Positions 39,429 through 47,036 of a stretch of DNA of 64,000 bases are shown piece by piece. Made by a program: the position numbers and the translations under genes. The stretch covers positions 66,173-130,172 of the forward strand of contig CALQLO010000003.1 in assembly GCA_943331445.1 (NCBI GenBank). The letters run 5' to 3'. The notes under the pieces are model-generated. The model did not search any database and had not been told where the DNA came from. It worked only from the letters and a program-made list of their open reading frames with translations. Positions within the stretch are counted from its first letter, which is position 1; the number at the start of each line of letters is the position of its first letter. The DNA is from Akkermansia muciniphila. GTDB taxonomy: Bacteria; Verrucomicrobiota; Verrucomicrobiia; Opitutales; UBA953.

Positions 39429-39506
39429 TGGGTGCAGGGGTAGGATTTGAACCTACGACCTTCAGGTTATGAGCCTGACGAGCTAACCGGGCTGCTCCAC
39501 CCTGCA
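39429..39506 (-). tRNA. tRNA-Met (anticodon CAT), initiator (fMet) type
   Basis: The reverse complement reads TGCAGGGTGGAGCAGCCCGGTTAGCTCGTCAGGCTCATAACCTGAAGGTCGTAGGTTCAAATCCTACCCCTGCACCCA. The D arm, anticodon loop and T arm are nearly identical to the E. coli tRNA-fMet layout, including the A11:U24 pair. Confidence 0.85.
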
Positions 39507-39634
39507 ATAAGTGGGAAGTGAAGGAGAAAGGGGACACACCCGGGTCGCAAGCCATTTTTTAGGCCAGTTCTGCACGGCTAGTTTGCCGATTCCTTGGGTC
39601 AAAAAGGGTTGAAGCGGGGAGGGGGGAGTCAAAG

Positions 39635-39658
39635 ATGTCAGAACCCCCTAAGCGATGA
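39635..39658 (+). CDS. 7-codon upstream ORF (MSEPPKR) whose TGA overlaps the ATG of the next gene
   Basis: GGGAG lies 6 nt upstream of the ATG at 39635. The codons are atg tca gaa ccc cct aag cga tga, and the ATGA overlap falls on the 39655 start. Confidence 0.3.
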   Translation: MSEPPKR

Positions 39659-41229
39659 GCGAAGAACTTCCTGCGAACCCTCCTGGAGAGACTGCACAGT
39701 CAGCCCCTCAACAGGTTGAATCAGCCTCGCTTGGTTCCAAGCGCATGAAGCTCCCATTTTGGAAGCGTATCGGTGGCGGGGGTCTTACGGTGTCGCTCGC
39801 TATTCACGCGGTGCTTATCTTTATTGCGGCAGCTTTTGTCGTCTCGACGGTTACGGACAATGCCAAGAAGGATCCTAACACTTTTGCGACCGGTGCCGGC
39901 GGCGGTTCCGGGGGCGAGCGCGTGAAGAGTACGCAGCACAAGATTCAGCCCAAGAACGTTAAGTCGCTGGCCAAGACGACGACCCGCATTACTTCCAAGA
40001 GCGCTTCGGCATCAATCGCTTTACCGGACATTCCCAATTCTGCATCTGCCTCTTCCATGGTTGCGGGTGCGATGGCTGGCGGTGCTTCCAAGGGCTTCGG
40101 CGGCGGTGCCGGCGGCGGCATCGGTGCTGGCAAGGGGATGGGTTCCGGCGGCGGGAAAAACTTCGTCGCGAAGCCCGTCCTTGGGGCGAACATCTTTGCC
40201 CAACGGTTAGCGGTTTATTTCGACGCTTCCGCGTCGATGCTGCCCTATCTCGACAAGGTTGAGGCCGAGATCCGCGATAAATTCCCTGATGCGGACGTCT
40301 TCCTTGGCAATGGGGTGTTCATCGACATCCATGATACCGAGGTTGTCGGCGGCGATAAATTCAAGGGTACCCCGTTTCTGAATCGACCTCAGGGTGGCGG
40401 TAAGAAAAAGACCGCTAAGGGTGAAATCGTTGAGACAGATACTAACCCGGCCAAGCTCACCAGCGCGGGCCGCAATATCCTCAAGAAATACGGGCAGAAC
40501 TTTAAAGTCGGTTCCGCCGGGGCTTGGATTGACGTCCTCAAAGATGAGCGTGCTTACGACGCCTTGATTATTTTCTCTGACTTTCAGGACGGCGTCCGTC
40601 AGGTTCGCACCAAGGGTTACAAGCCCGACAAGGGGATGCGCCCGGACCCACCCGTTGTTTTTACGGACCGTAATGATGCGGGCTCTGGCGGTTTCAAGTC
40701 CGCCACGATTATTCCTACGGGCGGCTCCGCAGGCCAGCCGGTCGTGATGACTAAAGACACCACTGGATTGGCCGTGGGCATGTTGGCCGTGGGTTCAGGG
40801 ATTCCGCTCAATACGACCATCACGGAAATTAAGCCGAACGTGAGTTTCACTTTGGATAAGCCGCTGAAGGGTAACCCTACCGGTAAGATTTCGTGCAACA
40901 ACGGCGGTGACAAGCGTAACCCCGAAGAGAAGAAATGGGAAGAAGAGTGGCTGAAGGCTTTCGCCGCGGCGAAGGACAATAAAGGACCTCGTCTTTATCT
41001 GCTATCCATTCAGCAACAGCCCCGTGGCGTGCTCGCAGCGTGCGTTGAGGCTTCTGGCGGTCAGGCTAAACTCATCACGGGCCTCCGCACGCTTGAGGCT
41101 GCACCTCTCGCTGGCGTTAAGCCTCCAGTGGCTGGTGCTCCAGCGGCGGCCACCCCACCTGCTGCGGGAGATACCAGTGCCGCGATCAAGGGCGTCACGA
41201 CCAAGGCCGCAGCCAAGCCGGTTCGCTGA
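39655..41229 (+). CDS. Membrane-anchored Gly-rich protein with a vWA/MIDAS-like core (hypothetical), paralogue 1
   Basis: It has a basic N-terminus and one TM (GLTVSLAIHAVLIFIAAAFVV) containing S-x3-H. A Gly-rich linker follows. The core blocks are RLAVYFDASASM and ALIIFSDFQDG. The tail is Pro/Ala-rich. It shares conserved blocks with 41362..42438. Confidence 0.6.
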   Translation: MSEELPANPPGETAQSAPQQVESASLGSKRMKLPFWKRIGGGGLTVSLAIHAVLIFIAAAFVVSTVTDNAKKDPNTFATGAGGGSGGERVKSTQHKIQPKNVKSLAKTTTRITSKSASASIALPDIPNSASASSMVAGAMAGGASKGFGGGAGGGIGAGKGMGSGGGKNFVAKPVLGANIFAQRLAVYFDASASMLPYLDKVEAEIRDKFPDADVFLGNGVFIDIHDTEVVGGDKFKGTPFLNRPQGGGKKKTAKGEIVETDTNPAKLTSAGRNILKKYGQNFKVGSAGAWIDVLKDERAYDALIIFSDFQDGVRQVRTKGYKPDKGMRPDPPVVFTDRNDAGSGGFKSATIIPTGGSAGQPVVMTKDTTGLAVGMLAVGSGIPLNTTITEIKPNVSFTLDKPLKGNPTGKISCNNGGDKRNPEEKKWEEEWLKAFAAAKDNKGPRLYLLSIQQQPRGVLAACVEASGGQAKLITGLRTLEAAPLAGVKPPVAGAPAAATPPAAGDTSAAIKGVTTKAAAKPVR

Positions 41230-41361
41230 GTCAGGCCTAGGCCTAACTCCAGCCATCGCCGGAACTGAAAGGTTTCCCTGCGGTTAATACTGGGTTGCCC
41301 AATGGGTGATGCCTGGGCTTGGGCGTGTTTGATATTCGGAGAGGTGTCCTAGAATGGTCGG

Positions 41362-42438
41362 ATGGAATCCCGTGACTCTGTACGTCCACGCTCGCGTGCG
41401 CGCTCCCTCGCCGGATTGGCTTTTTCCATCGCGGTACACGTGGTATTGGTGATGGCAGCCTGCTGGATTGTGTGGCGGCAGGCAGGCCCGGAGCAACGTG
41501 CGCAGGAGTTTGTCGCCCATGCGGTGGCGGGCGGACGCAGTGGTGCGTCGGCAGCTACCGTGGTTCATCCGGTGAGCCATCCGAAGGTCAGGATGCCGCA
41601 AGCACGCCTGGCGACGAAGTCTGCCAGTGCCACGCTTGCACTGCCGCCGATGTCTGCGCCGAAGCTCGGGGCCGCCATGGGCGCGGCGACGGGCCGAGGC
41701 GGGGTTTTCGGAAGAGGTATCGGTCGGGGTGCGGGCGGCGGTCTAGGCGCTGGCCTGGGTAAGTCCGCTGGCTTCGTGGGCCGACCGGTGATGGGCGCCT
41801 TCATCCGGGCCAAGCGCGTCGCGGTCTACCTGGATTGCTCGGGTTCGATGCGCTCGTATCTGCCGCGTGTCGAGGCCGAGATCCGGAAGGAGTTTCCGGA
41901 CGCAGACGTATTCCGGTTTGACGGTGCCCGGGTCGTCGGCTTGGGCGACACGGTCGTTTTTGGCCGACGGTTTCAAGGCGTCGCGCCTCGCCTGCGCGAG
42001 GGTCCGACGCAGACCACGCTCGAGTCGTTGACGCCAAACGGTCGCTCGGTGCAGGCCAAGGTCCGGACAGCCTGCGAGAAGGGCTCGCTGGGAGCGTGGA
42101 TGGATCGGCTATTGGCGGAATCCTATGACGCGCTAGTGGTCTTCTCTGATTTTCAGGATGGCGTTAGGCTCTATGAAACTAAGAAAGGCGAACCGAAGAT
42201 GGTCTATTCGGATAGTTCCTATCATAAGATCGGTGGCGTCCAGAAAGGACACACCCGTTGGCAGCGGGAGTGGCTGGAGGCCTTCGCCAAGGCCCCGCAC
42301 GGGGCCGGCCCGCGGCTTTATCTCTTTACCGTCCAGCAGGAGCCGCAGGTTTTCCTGCAGGCTTGCGTGGCGGCCTCCGGCGGTGCCTCGACCTCGGTAT
42401 CCTGGCTGAAGAAAGGCGGACGCAAGGCGTCGCCTTGA
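41362..42438 (+). CDS. Membrane-anchored Gly-rich protein with a vWA/MIDAS-like core (hypothetical), paralogue 2
   Basis: It has an Arg-rich N-terminus and a TM (GLAFSIAVHVVLVMAACW) containing S-x3-H. A Gly-rich linker follows. The core carries canonical RVAVYLDCSGSM and ALVVFSDFQDG. Confidence 0.6.
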   Translation: MESRDSVRPRSRARSLAGLAFSIAVHVVLVMAACWIVWRQAGPEQRAQEFVAHAVAGGRSGASAATVVHPVSHPKVRMPQARLATKSASATLALPPMSAPKLGAAMGAATGRGGVFGRGIGRGAGGGLGAGLGKSAGFVGRPVMGAFIRAKRVAVYLDCSGSMRSYLPRVEAEIRKEFPDADVFRFDGARVVGLGDTVVFGRRFQGVAPRLREGPTQTTLESLTPNGRSVQAKVRTACEKGSLGAWMDRLLAESYDALVVFSDFQDGVRLYETKKGEPKMVYSDSSYHKIGGVQKGHTRWQREWLEAFAKAPHGAGPRLYLFTVQQEPQVFLQACVAASGGASTSVSWLKKGGRKASP

Positions 42439-42463
42439 CGGTTGCACCCTTGGGCGGGACGGC

Positions 42464-42895
42464 TTGGATAGGCGCATGGCCCCTTTCACGGCAGATTACC
42501 GCGCTAATTTCTCCGACACCGACGCCGCGGGCATCGTGCATTTCTCGACGATCTTTTTCTGGGTCGAGGCCACGGAAGAGGCTCTCTTTCGCCAATTGAA
42601 GTTGCCGTTTATTCGGGCTGAAGGGGCCAAATTGACCGGCTTCCCCCGCGTGCGCGTCGAGTGCGACTTCCTTTCGCCGATTCACCGTGAAGATATCGTG
42701 GCCGTGTCGCTTACGCCGACGGAGATCGGGGACAAGAAAATCGTCTGGGGCTTCGAGGCCAAGGTGGGTGAACGCGCCGTCGCCAAGGGTGCCCTGACGA
42801 CCGTCTACGCCTGGCGCGAAGGACAGGGCCCGATGTCGGCCGCGTTGGTGCCACTTGAAATCAAGACGGCGTTGCAGCAGCACTTTGGCGTCTGA
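42464..42895 (+). CDS. Acyl-CoA thioesterase, 4HBT/YbgC-like hotdog fold
   Basis: 143 aa starting FSDTDAAGIVHFSTIFFWVEATEEALFRQL, typical of YbgC/FadM-type thioesterases (catalytic Asp in DTD). Confidence 0.75.
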   Translation: MDRRMAPFTADYRANFSDTDAAGIVHFSTIFFWVEATEEALFRQLKLPFIRAEGAKLTGFPRVRVECDFLSPIHREDIVAVSLTPTEIGDKKIVWGFEAKVGERAVAKGALTTVYAWREGQGPMSAALVPLEIKTALQQHFGV

Positions 42896-42898
42896 GCT

Positions 42899-44326
42899 AT
42901 GAACGAAGGCACTACGAAGAAGCCGTGGGTGTGGCTCGGTCTGGTCGCCGTGGGCTTTGCGTGCTTCTCCTTGCTCGGATTGCAGCCGGCATCCTTTGCC
43001 TCGCTCGTCCATCCGCAGCCTTTGCATGCCGATGAGGCGGTGCAGTGGTCTTTAGCCAAAGATCTATCGGAAGGGGTCCTTTACAGTTCCCATGAAGACC
43101 GTTTCCACGGCCCGACCTTGGCGTCGTCCCTGTTGATCTGCTCCAAGGCGTCGGGCACCGCGTTCGCGGATATGTCGGAATCCTATCTCCGTAACGTCAC
43201 CGGTTTTTATCTCGTGCTGCTTTCCTTGGCGGCCTTGGCCTTACCCGGTGTCGGTCTGATCCCGCGCGTCACCGCCTCCACGTTCTGCTTCCTCGTCGGC
43301 GGCGGTGCTCCCTTCGGGTTTTATTATGTGCAAGAGGTGCTCCTGGTGGCGGGGCTCGCCTGGGGTGTGGTGCTATGGTTGCGTTCCGAGGTCGCGGAGT
43401 GCCCTAGGCTTAAGGTTTTTTTTCGTCTGCTTTCTGGCCTGTCCTTCGGTTTTGCACTGGCCTGTAAGGTGACGGCGGCGGCTTACCTTTTATTCTTTTT
43501 TGTGGCGCTGATGCTGGCACGCAAAGCTTGGGTTGATCGTCATCTCTTGGCCTTCCTGTTCGGCTTGATGGCGTCATGGGCTTTCTTTCAAAGCGTGGCC
43601 TTCACGGATCTCCATGGCTTGACGACTTGGTGGGGTCAGCTTGCTCGGTCGCTGGGCGTAGCCAGCGGCCAGTCGGAAGACACGCTGATGGCGGTTAACT
43701 ACTGGCCTTGGATCTGGGCAGCCCTCTGGGTGGGGGAGTTTGCCCTTCAGCGTTACCTGACACAGCGACTGGTCCCCTTCCGCTCCGGGTCATTCGACTT
43801 CGCCTTAGTTTTTGTCGGCTTGATCTTCAGCTTCCATCTCCTGCTGCCTTACAAGACGCCTTGGTTGCTTTACGGCGTCATGGCTTTACCCTTGGTCCTC
43901 ATCATCCCACACCAGCTTAGTGGCGGCTGGCTGCGGGATGGCATCCTGTTGGTGGGCTTGCTCATCGGGGCTGGCTGTGCGGCCGGAGATTTTGCCTCGC
44001 ATTCGCCGACGGCCGACCTGCGGGCTTTCGAAGCGAGCACGGCTCGATTCAAGGAAGCCTACAAGGGAAAAACCTTCTTCATTGCATTAGAATTAAAGGA
44101 AGGGGGCAATTACTGGCCTCTGCCATATTACCTCCGTCGCTACCAAGTTGGCTTCGGGGACTTTCCCGCGGCCGCTCAAGCTCCCCTGCGGCTGATCCCG
44201 GTGACCGACGACAGCGAGCCAGTCGTATCCGGCTACGCGGTCTCTAAATTGACCCTCCGAGAGGGCGGGGACCGCTATTGGGTGCTGGTTGCCAAAGGCT
44301 ACGAAAGCGTTTTTATCGGGAAATAA
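42899..44326 (+). CDS. Polytopic GT-C-fold membrane protein, TIGR03663/Agl23-like (glycosyltransferase-39-like)
   Basis: It has at least 10 predicted TM helices. The first loop carries LHADEAVQW...EDRFHGPTL, which resembles the HxDEAV...FHGP signature. The C-terminal domain is soluble. Confidence 0.5.
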   Translation: MNEGTTKKPWVWLGLVAVGFACFSLLGLQPASFASLVHPQPLHADEAVQWSLAKDLSEGVLYSSHEDRFHGPTLASSLLICSKASGTAFADMSESYLRNVTGFYLVLLSLAALALPGVGLIPRVTASTFCFLVGGGAPFGFYYVQEVLLVAGLAWGVVLWLRSEVAECPRLKVFFRLLSGLSFGFALACKVTAAAYLLFFFVALMLARKAWVDRHLLAFLFGLMASWAFFQSVAFTDLHGLTTWWGQLARSLGVASGQSEDTLMAVNYWPWIWAALWVGEFALQRYLTQRLVPFRSGSFDFALVFVGLIFSFHLLLPYKTPWLLYGVMALPLVLIIPHQLSGGWLRDGILLVGLLIGAGCAAGDFASHSPTADLRAFEASTARFKEAYKGKTFFIALELKEGGNYWPLPYYLRRYQVGFGDFPAAAQAPLRLIPVTDDSEPVVSGYAVSKLTLREGGDRYWVLVAKGYESVFIGK

Positions 44327-44331
44327 CCGCC

Positions 44332-45243
44332 ATGGAAAGCACCCCAGTCATCCACAATTTCTCTCACGAGGCATTCGGCTCTCGTTTCTGGATTCGCATC
44401 GCCGCCGAAGATGCCATCTACGCTCGGAATGCATCGGAGGCGCTATTCCAGCATCTTGATGACTTAGATTTCCAGACGGACCTCCGCCATGACAGCGGAC
44501 CGGTCGCCTCAATTAATCAAATGCCCGAAGGCGCCTTGGTGGCCGCCTCGGAGCACGTCCAGGCACTCTGGAATTTCTCCCGCGATGTCCGGGCGGACAC
44601 CAGTCGGGCTTTTGATGCCACCGCGGGGGCCCTTTTCCGCTACTGGAAAGACCGTGGCGATAGGCCCTTTAATCCGGACGATGCCGCCTGGCAGCAGATT
44701 TGGACGGCCTATCAAGGTGGGGAATTCAAGCTCGAGGGATGCGAACTCTCCTGTGTCAAATTTGGTTCCTCGGTCGACTTTGGTGCCATCGTGCGCGGTT
44801 ACGCCCTCGATCGGATGGCTGAAATGCTCGAAAGCAGCTGGGGAATTCATCGGGCGCTACTCATGGCCTCCGGTAGCGTCACGCTCGCACTTGATCCTCC
44901 GGGAGATTCCGTGGGCTGGCGCATTGGCGTCGGCGCCCACGAGGAAATCAAGCTGTGTCGTTTCGCCATGGCGAGTAAGATGGCGGATCCCACACGCGCC
45001 AATATCGTAGACCCGCGGACGGGCCAGGCCGTCTCCTTGATTGGGCCGGTGCGCGCGATTGCGACTTCAGCCATTGAGGCCGAAGGCTTGGCGGCCGTGG
45101 GCTGTGTGCTTACTTCGGCGGAGAGCGAAGAATTTGTGAACCGTGGCTGCAGTCGCGGTCTCTGGATGCCGGATGGCTCTAAGTTGGGATCGGCGACCTA
45201 TTTCGATGTGACGGAGCGGCCGATATCGGACACGGTCAGTTAA
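44332..45243 (+). CDS. ApbE-like FAD:protein FMN transferase family protein (divergent, no signal peptide seen)
   Basis: HEAFGSRFWIRI corresponds to the MGT..I block and VDFGAIVRGYALDRM to the D.GAIAKGYA.D block. AIATSAIEAEGLAA lies near the C-terminus. ATG at 44332. Confidence 0.5.
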   Translation: MESTPVIHNFSHEAFGSRFWIRIAAEDAIYARNASEALFQHLDDLDFQTDLRHDSGPVASINQMPEGALVAASEHVQALWNFSRDVRADTSRAFDATAGALFRYWKDRGDRPFNPDDAAWQQIWTAYQGGEFKLEGCELSCVKFGSSVDFGAIVRGYALDRMAEMLESSWGIHRALLMASGSVTLALDPPGDSVGWRIGVGAHEEIKLCRFAMASKMADPTRANIVDPRTGQAVSLIGPVRAIATSAIEAEGLAAVGCVLTSAESEEFVNRGCSRGLWMPDGSKLGSATYFDVTERPISDTVS

Positions 45244-46984
45244 TCAGTGCTTCGAGGTCGTTCAGCAACTTGACGCGATTTTCAGAGAAAATAAAGGTGT
45301 CGGAACTGAGTCGTCGCAAAGATGCTTGCAGGACTTCCTTGGACGGTCGGCGGTTTAGCATCAAGCGGCGAAGGTATGTTTCCAAGTCGGCGGAGATCTG
45401 GGCGTACTCCAGTTTGAGCCGCACAATCTGCATCAGGATGGCTTGGTTCGTTTCGTTTTGGAGGTGCGCCTGGATGAGTACCTCGTTGGCTTCGTCGTAG
45501 CGGCGGGCCGTAATGAGCTTCCGGCTAGCGGAAATCAGTACTTGGGGCGGCACATTACGGTTTTGCATCAACTTCTGTAGGTTGATGATCCCGATATCTG
45601 CTTGGCCATCGGCGAAATAGGCAATCATGCGCAAGGCTTCAAAGGCGATGCGCGTCTCGGCGACCCACTGTTCGCGTTCGGCGCGTTTGTAGAGTTCGTC
45701 GACCAGTTGGATGGTCTCCCGGGGTCGATTGGCGTTCAGTAGGCACTCGACGTGCACCAAGGTGAAACGCACGCGATTGGGAAAGCGCCGGGTTTCCGCT
45801 AGGCGTTGCAGGCGAAGGGTTAGGGTGGTGTCGGCGGTGTCATTCCCGAAGCGGCTGAGGTCGAGCATCGTCTGCTCTTGATGGCCGAATCGGCTAATAA
45901 CCTGTTCGATCTGTTGTTCGCGACGGCTGCGATTTGCCGCTCCTGGCATCAGGTAAAGCGACTGAATGAGGGGGGTGGGCTTGTCGGGTGCGATGATGGT
46001 CAGGAGGGCGAGGCTGTCTTGGGCGGCGGCGAGTTGGCCCATCTCCTTGAGCCACGAGGCTTTAATTTCCAACAGGCGTTCCTTGCCCGCGGGGTTGGCG
46101 TTGAGTGCGAAGTTAATCTGCTCCAGCGCGGCGTTCCGCTCGCCGGATTCCCAGAGTATCTGGCAATTGAGGAGGTAGCCTTCGGCGGTCAGGGTGAGTT
46201 GGTGGGTTTTGACCAGCCGGGAAGCTTCGCTGAAATTGCCTCGCAGAAAGTTGGCTTGGGCTGCGGCGATTTGGAGATCCTTCTTGATCAACGGCGCGAG
46301 CTCCGGGTCATTCATATACTTATTTGCCGTCGTGATGATGCGCTGGTCTTGGTCCAGCATGAAGCATCGCTGGAGGTAAATGCGGAAGTGTTCGCGGTCT
46401 TGCTTGGCGAAGAGCATTGAGTCTTCGAGCAGCTTGTAGCTATCGAGCGGACGATTGAAGGCGAAGAAGAGGTCGGCGGAGAGTCGTTGGGCCTCCAGGT
46501 CCGTGGGGCGCAGGCTGGAGCCAGTGCCGATATATTTAGCGAATTCGGCGTAGTCCTGGCGGGTGAGTGCGGCCTTGGCGATCTCGATGTAAAATTGTCC
46601 TTTGCGTTGCAGGTGGGCGATGCGACCGTAGCCTTCAGCAGCGTGGATGATCTGAGCTAAGTCGCGCTGGCGGATGGCTTCCTTGCCGCGGAAAACATTA
46701 CCCACGGAGTTGGCAATCGTGTCCGGGAAGTACAGGTACATGTCGGCCCGCCGCGTCGTCGCGATGCCGTTCATATACTTCTGATTAAATAGGTAGAGTT
46801 CCGCGGTGACTACCCAGAGCCCGGCGAGGAAAATAGGCAGAAGCAGGCAGACGCGCCCCCAGGCCAGTCGATAGCGGCGATTTTTATACCCGACGGTATC
46901 CACGATGACCAGACCCAGCAGGATGCTCCGACTGGAACGGGAGTCCTGCCCTTGGCCGTAGACATAGTGGGGTTCCGATGACAT
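45236..46984 (-). CDS. Membrane-anchored all-helical repeat (TPR-like) protein, hypothetical
   Basis: It begins MSSEPHYVYGQG... and has one TM (VCLLLPIFLAGLWVV), then about 500 aa of helical-repeat sequence. ATG at 46984; the track start at 47098 overlaps the upstream gene. Confidence 0.5.
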   Translation of the reverse strand: MSSEPHYVYGQGQDSRSSRSILLGLVIVDTVGYKNRRYRLAWGRVCLLLPIFLAGLWVVTAELYLFNQKYMNGIATTRRADMYLYFPDTIANSVGNVFRGKEAIRQRDLAQIIHAAEGYGRIAHLQRKGQFYIEIAKAALTRQDYAEFAKYIGTGSSLRPTDLEAQRLSADLFFAFNRPLDSYKLLEDSMLFAKQDREHFRIYLQRCFMLDQDQRIITTANKYMNDPELAPLIKKDLQIAAAQANFLRGNFSEASRLVKTHQLTLTAEGYLLNCQILWESGERNAALEQINFALNANPAGKERLLEIKASWLKEMGQLAAAQDSLALLTIIAPDKPTPLIQSLYLMPGAANRSRREQQIEQVISRFGHQEQTMLDLSRFGNDTADTTLTLRLQRLAETRRFPNRVRFTLVHVECLLNANRPRETIQLVDELYKRAEREQWVAETRIAFEALRMIAYFADGQADIGIINLQKLMQNRNVPPQVLISASRKLITARRYDEANEVLIQAHLQNETNQAILMQIVRLKLEYAQISADLETYLRRLMLNRRPSKEVLQASLRRLSSDTFIFSENRVKLLNDLEALIN

Positions 46985-47036
46985 GCCTTCACCGATGTTC
47001 CCTGTCCGCTGGGGGCGGGCAAGTGTGGAGTGACTT

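Noticed and set aside
39286-39654. Genomic island integrated at the tRNA-Met gene.
   Set aside because: There is no integrase, no recognisable direct repeat of the tRNA 3' end, and no mobile-element genes. The flanking genes are ordinary chromosomal genes.
41336-41452. Out-of-frame ATG at 41354 (a 32-codon ORF) just upstream of the vWA paralogue 2 start, analogous to the uORF before paralogue 1.
   Set aside because: It has no ATGA-type coupling, the SD spacing is ambiguous, and the ORF runs deep into the main gene. The evidence is too weak to call.
39655-42438. The vWA-like proteins as pilins, minor pilins or a PilY1-type tip adhesin of the adjacent pil module.
   Set aside because: Neither has a class III (prepilin) signal such as G/FTLIE, and the N-terminal helix is preceded by a long basic segment. 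A functional link to the pilus genes therefore remains only positional.
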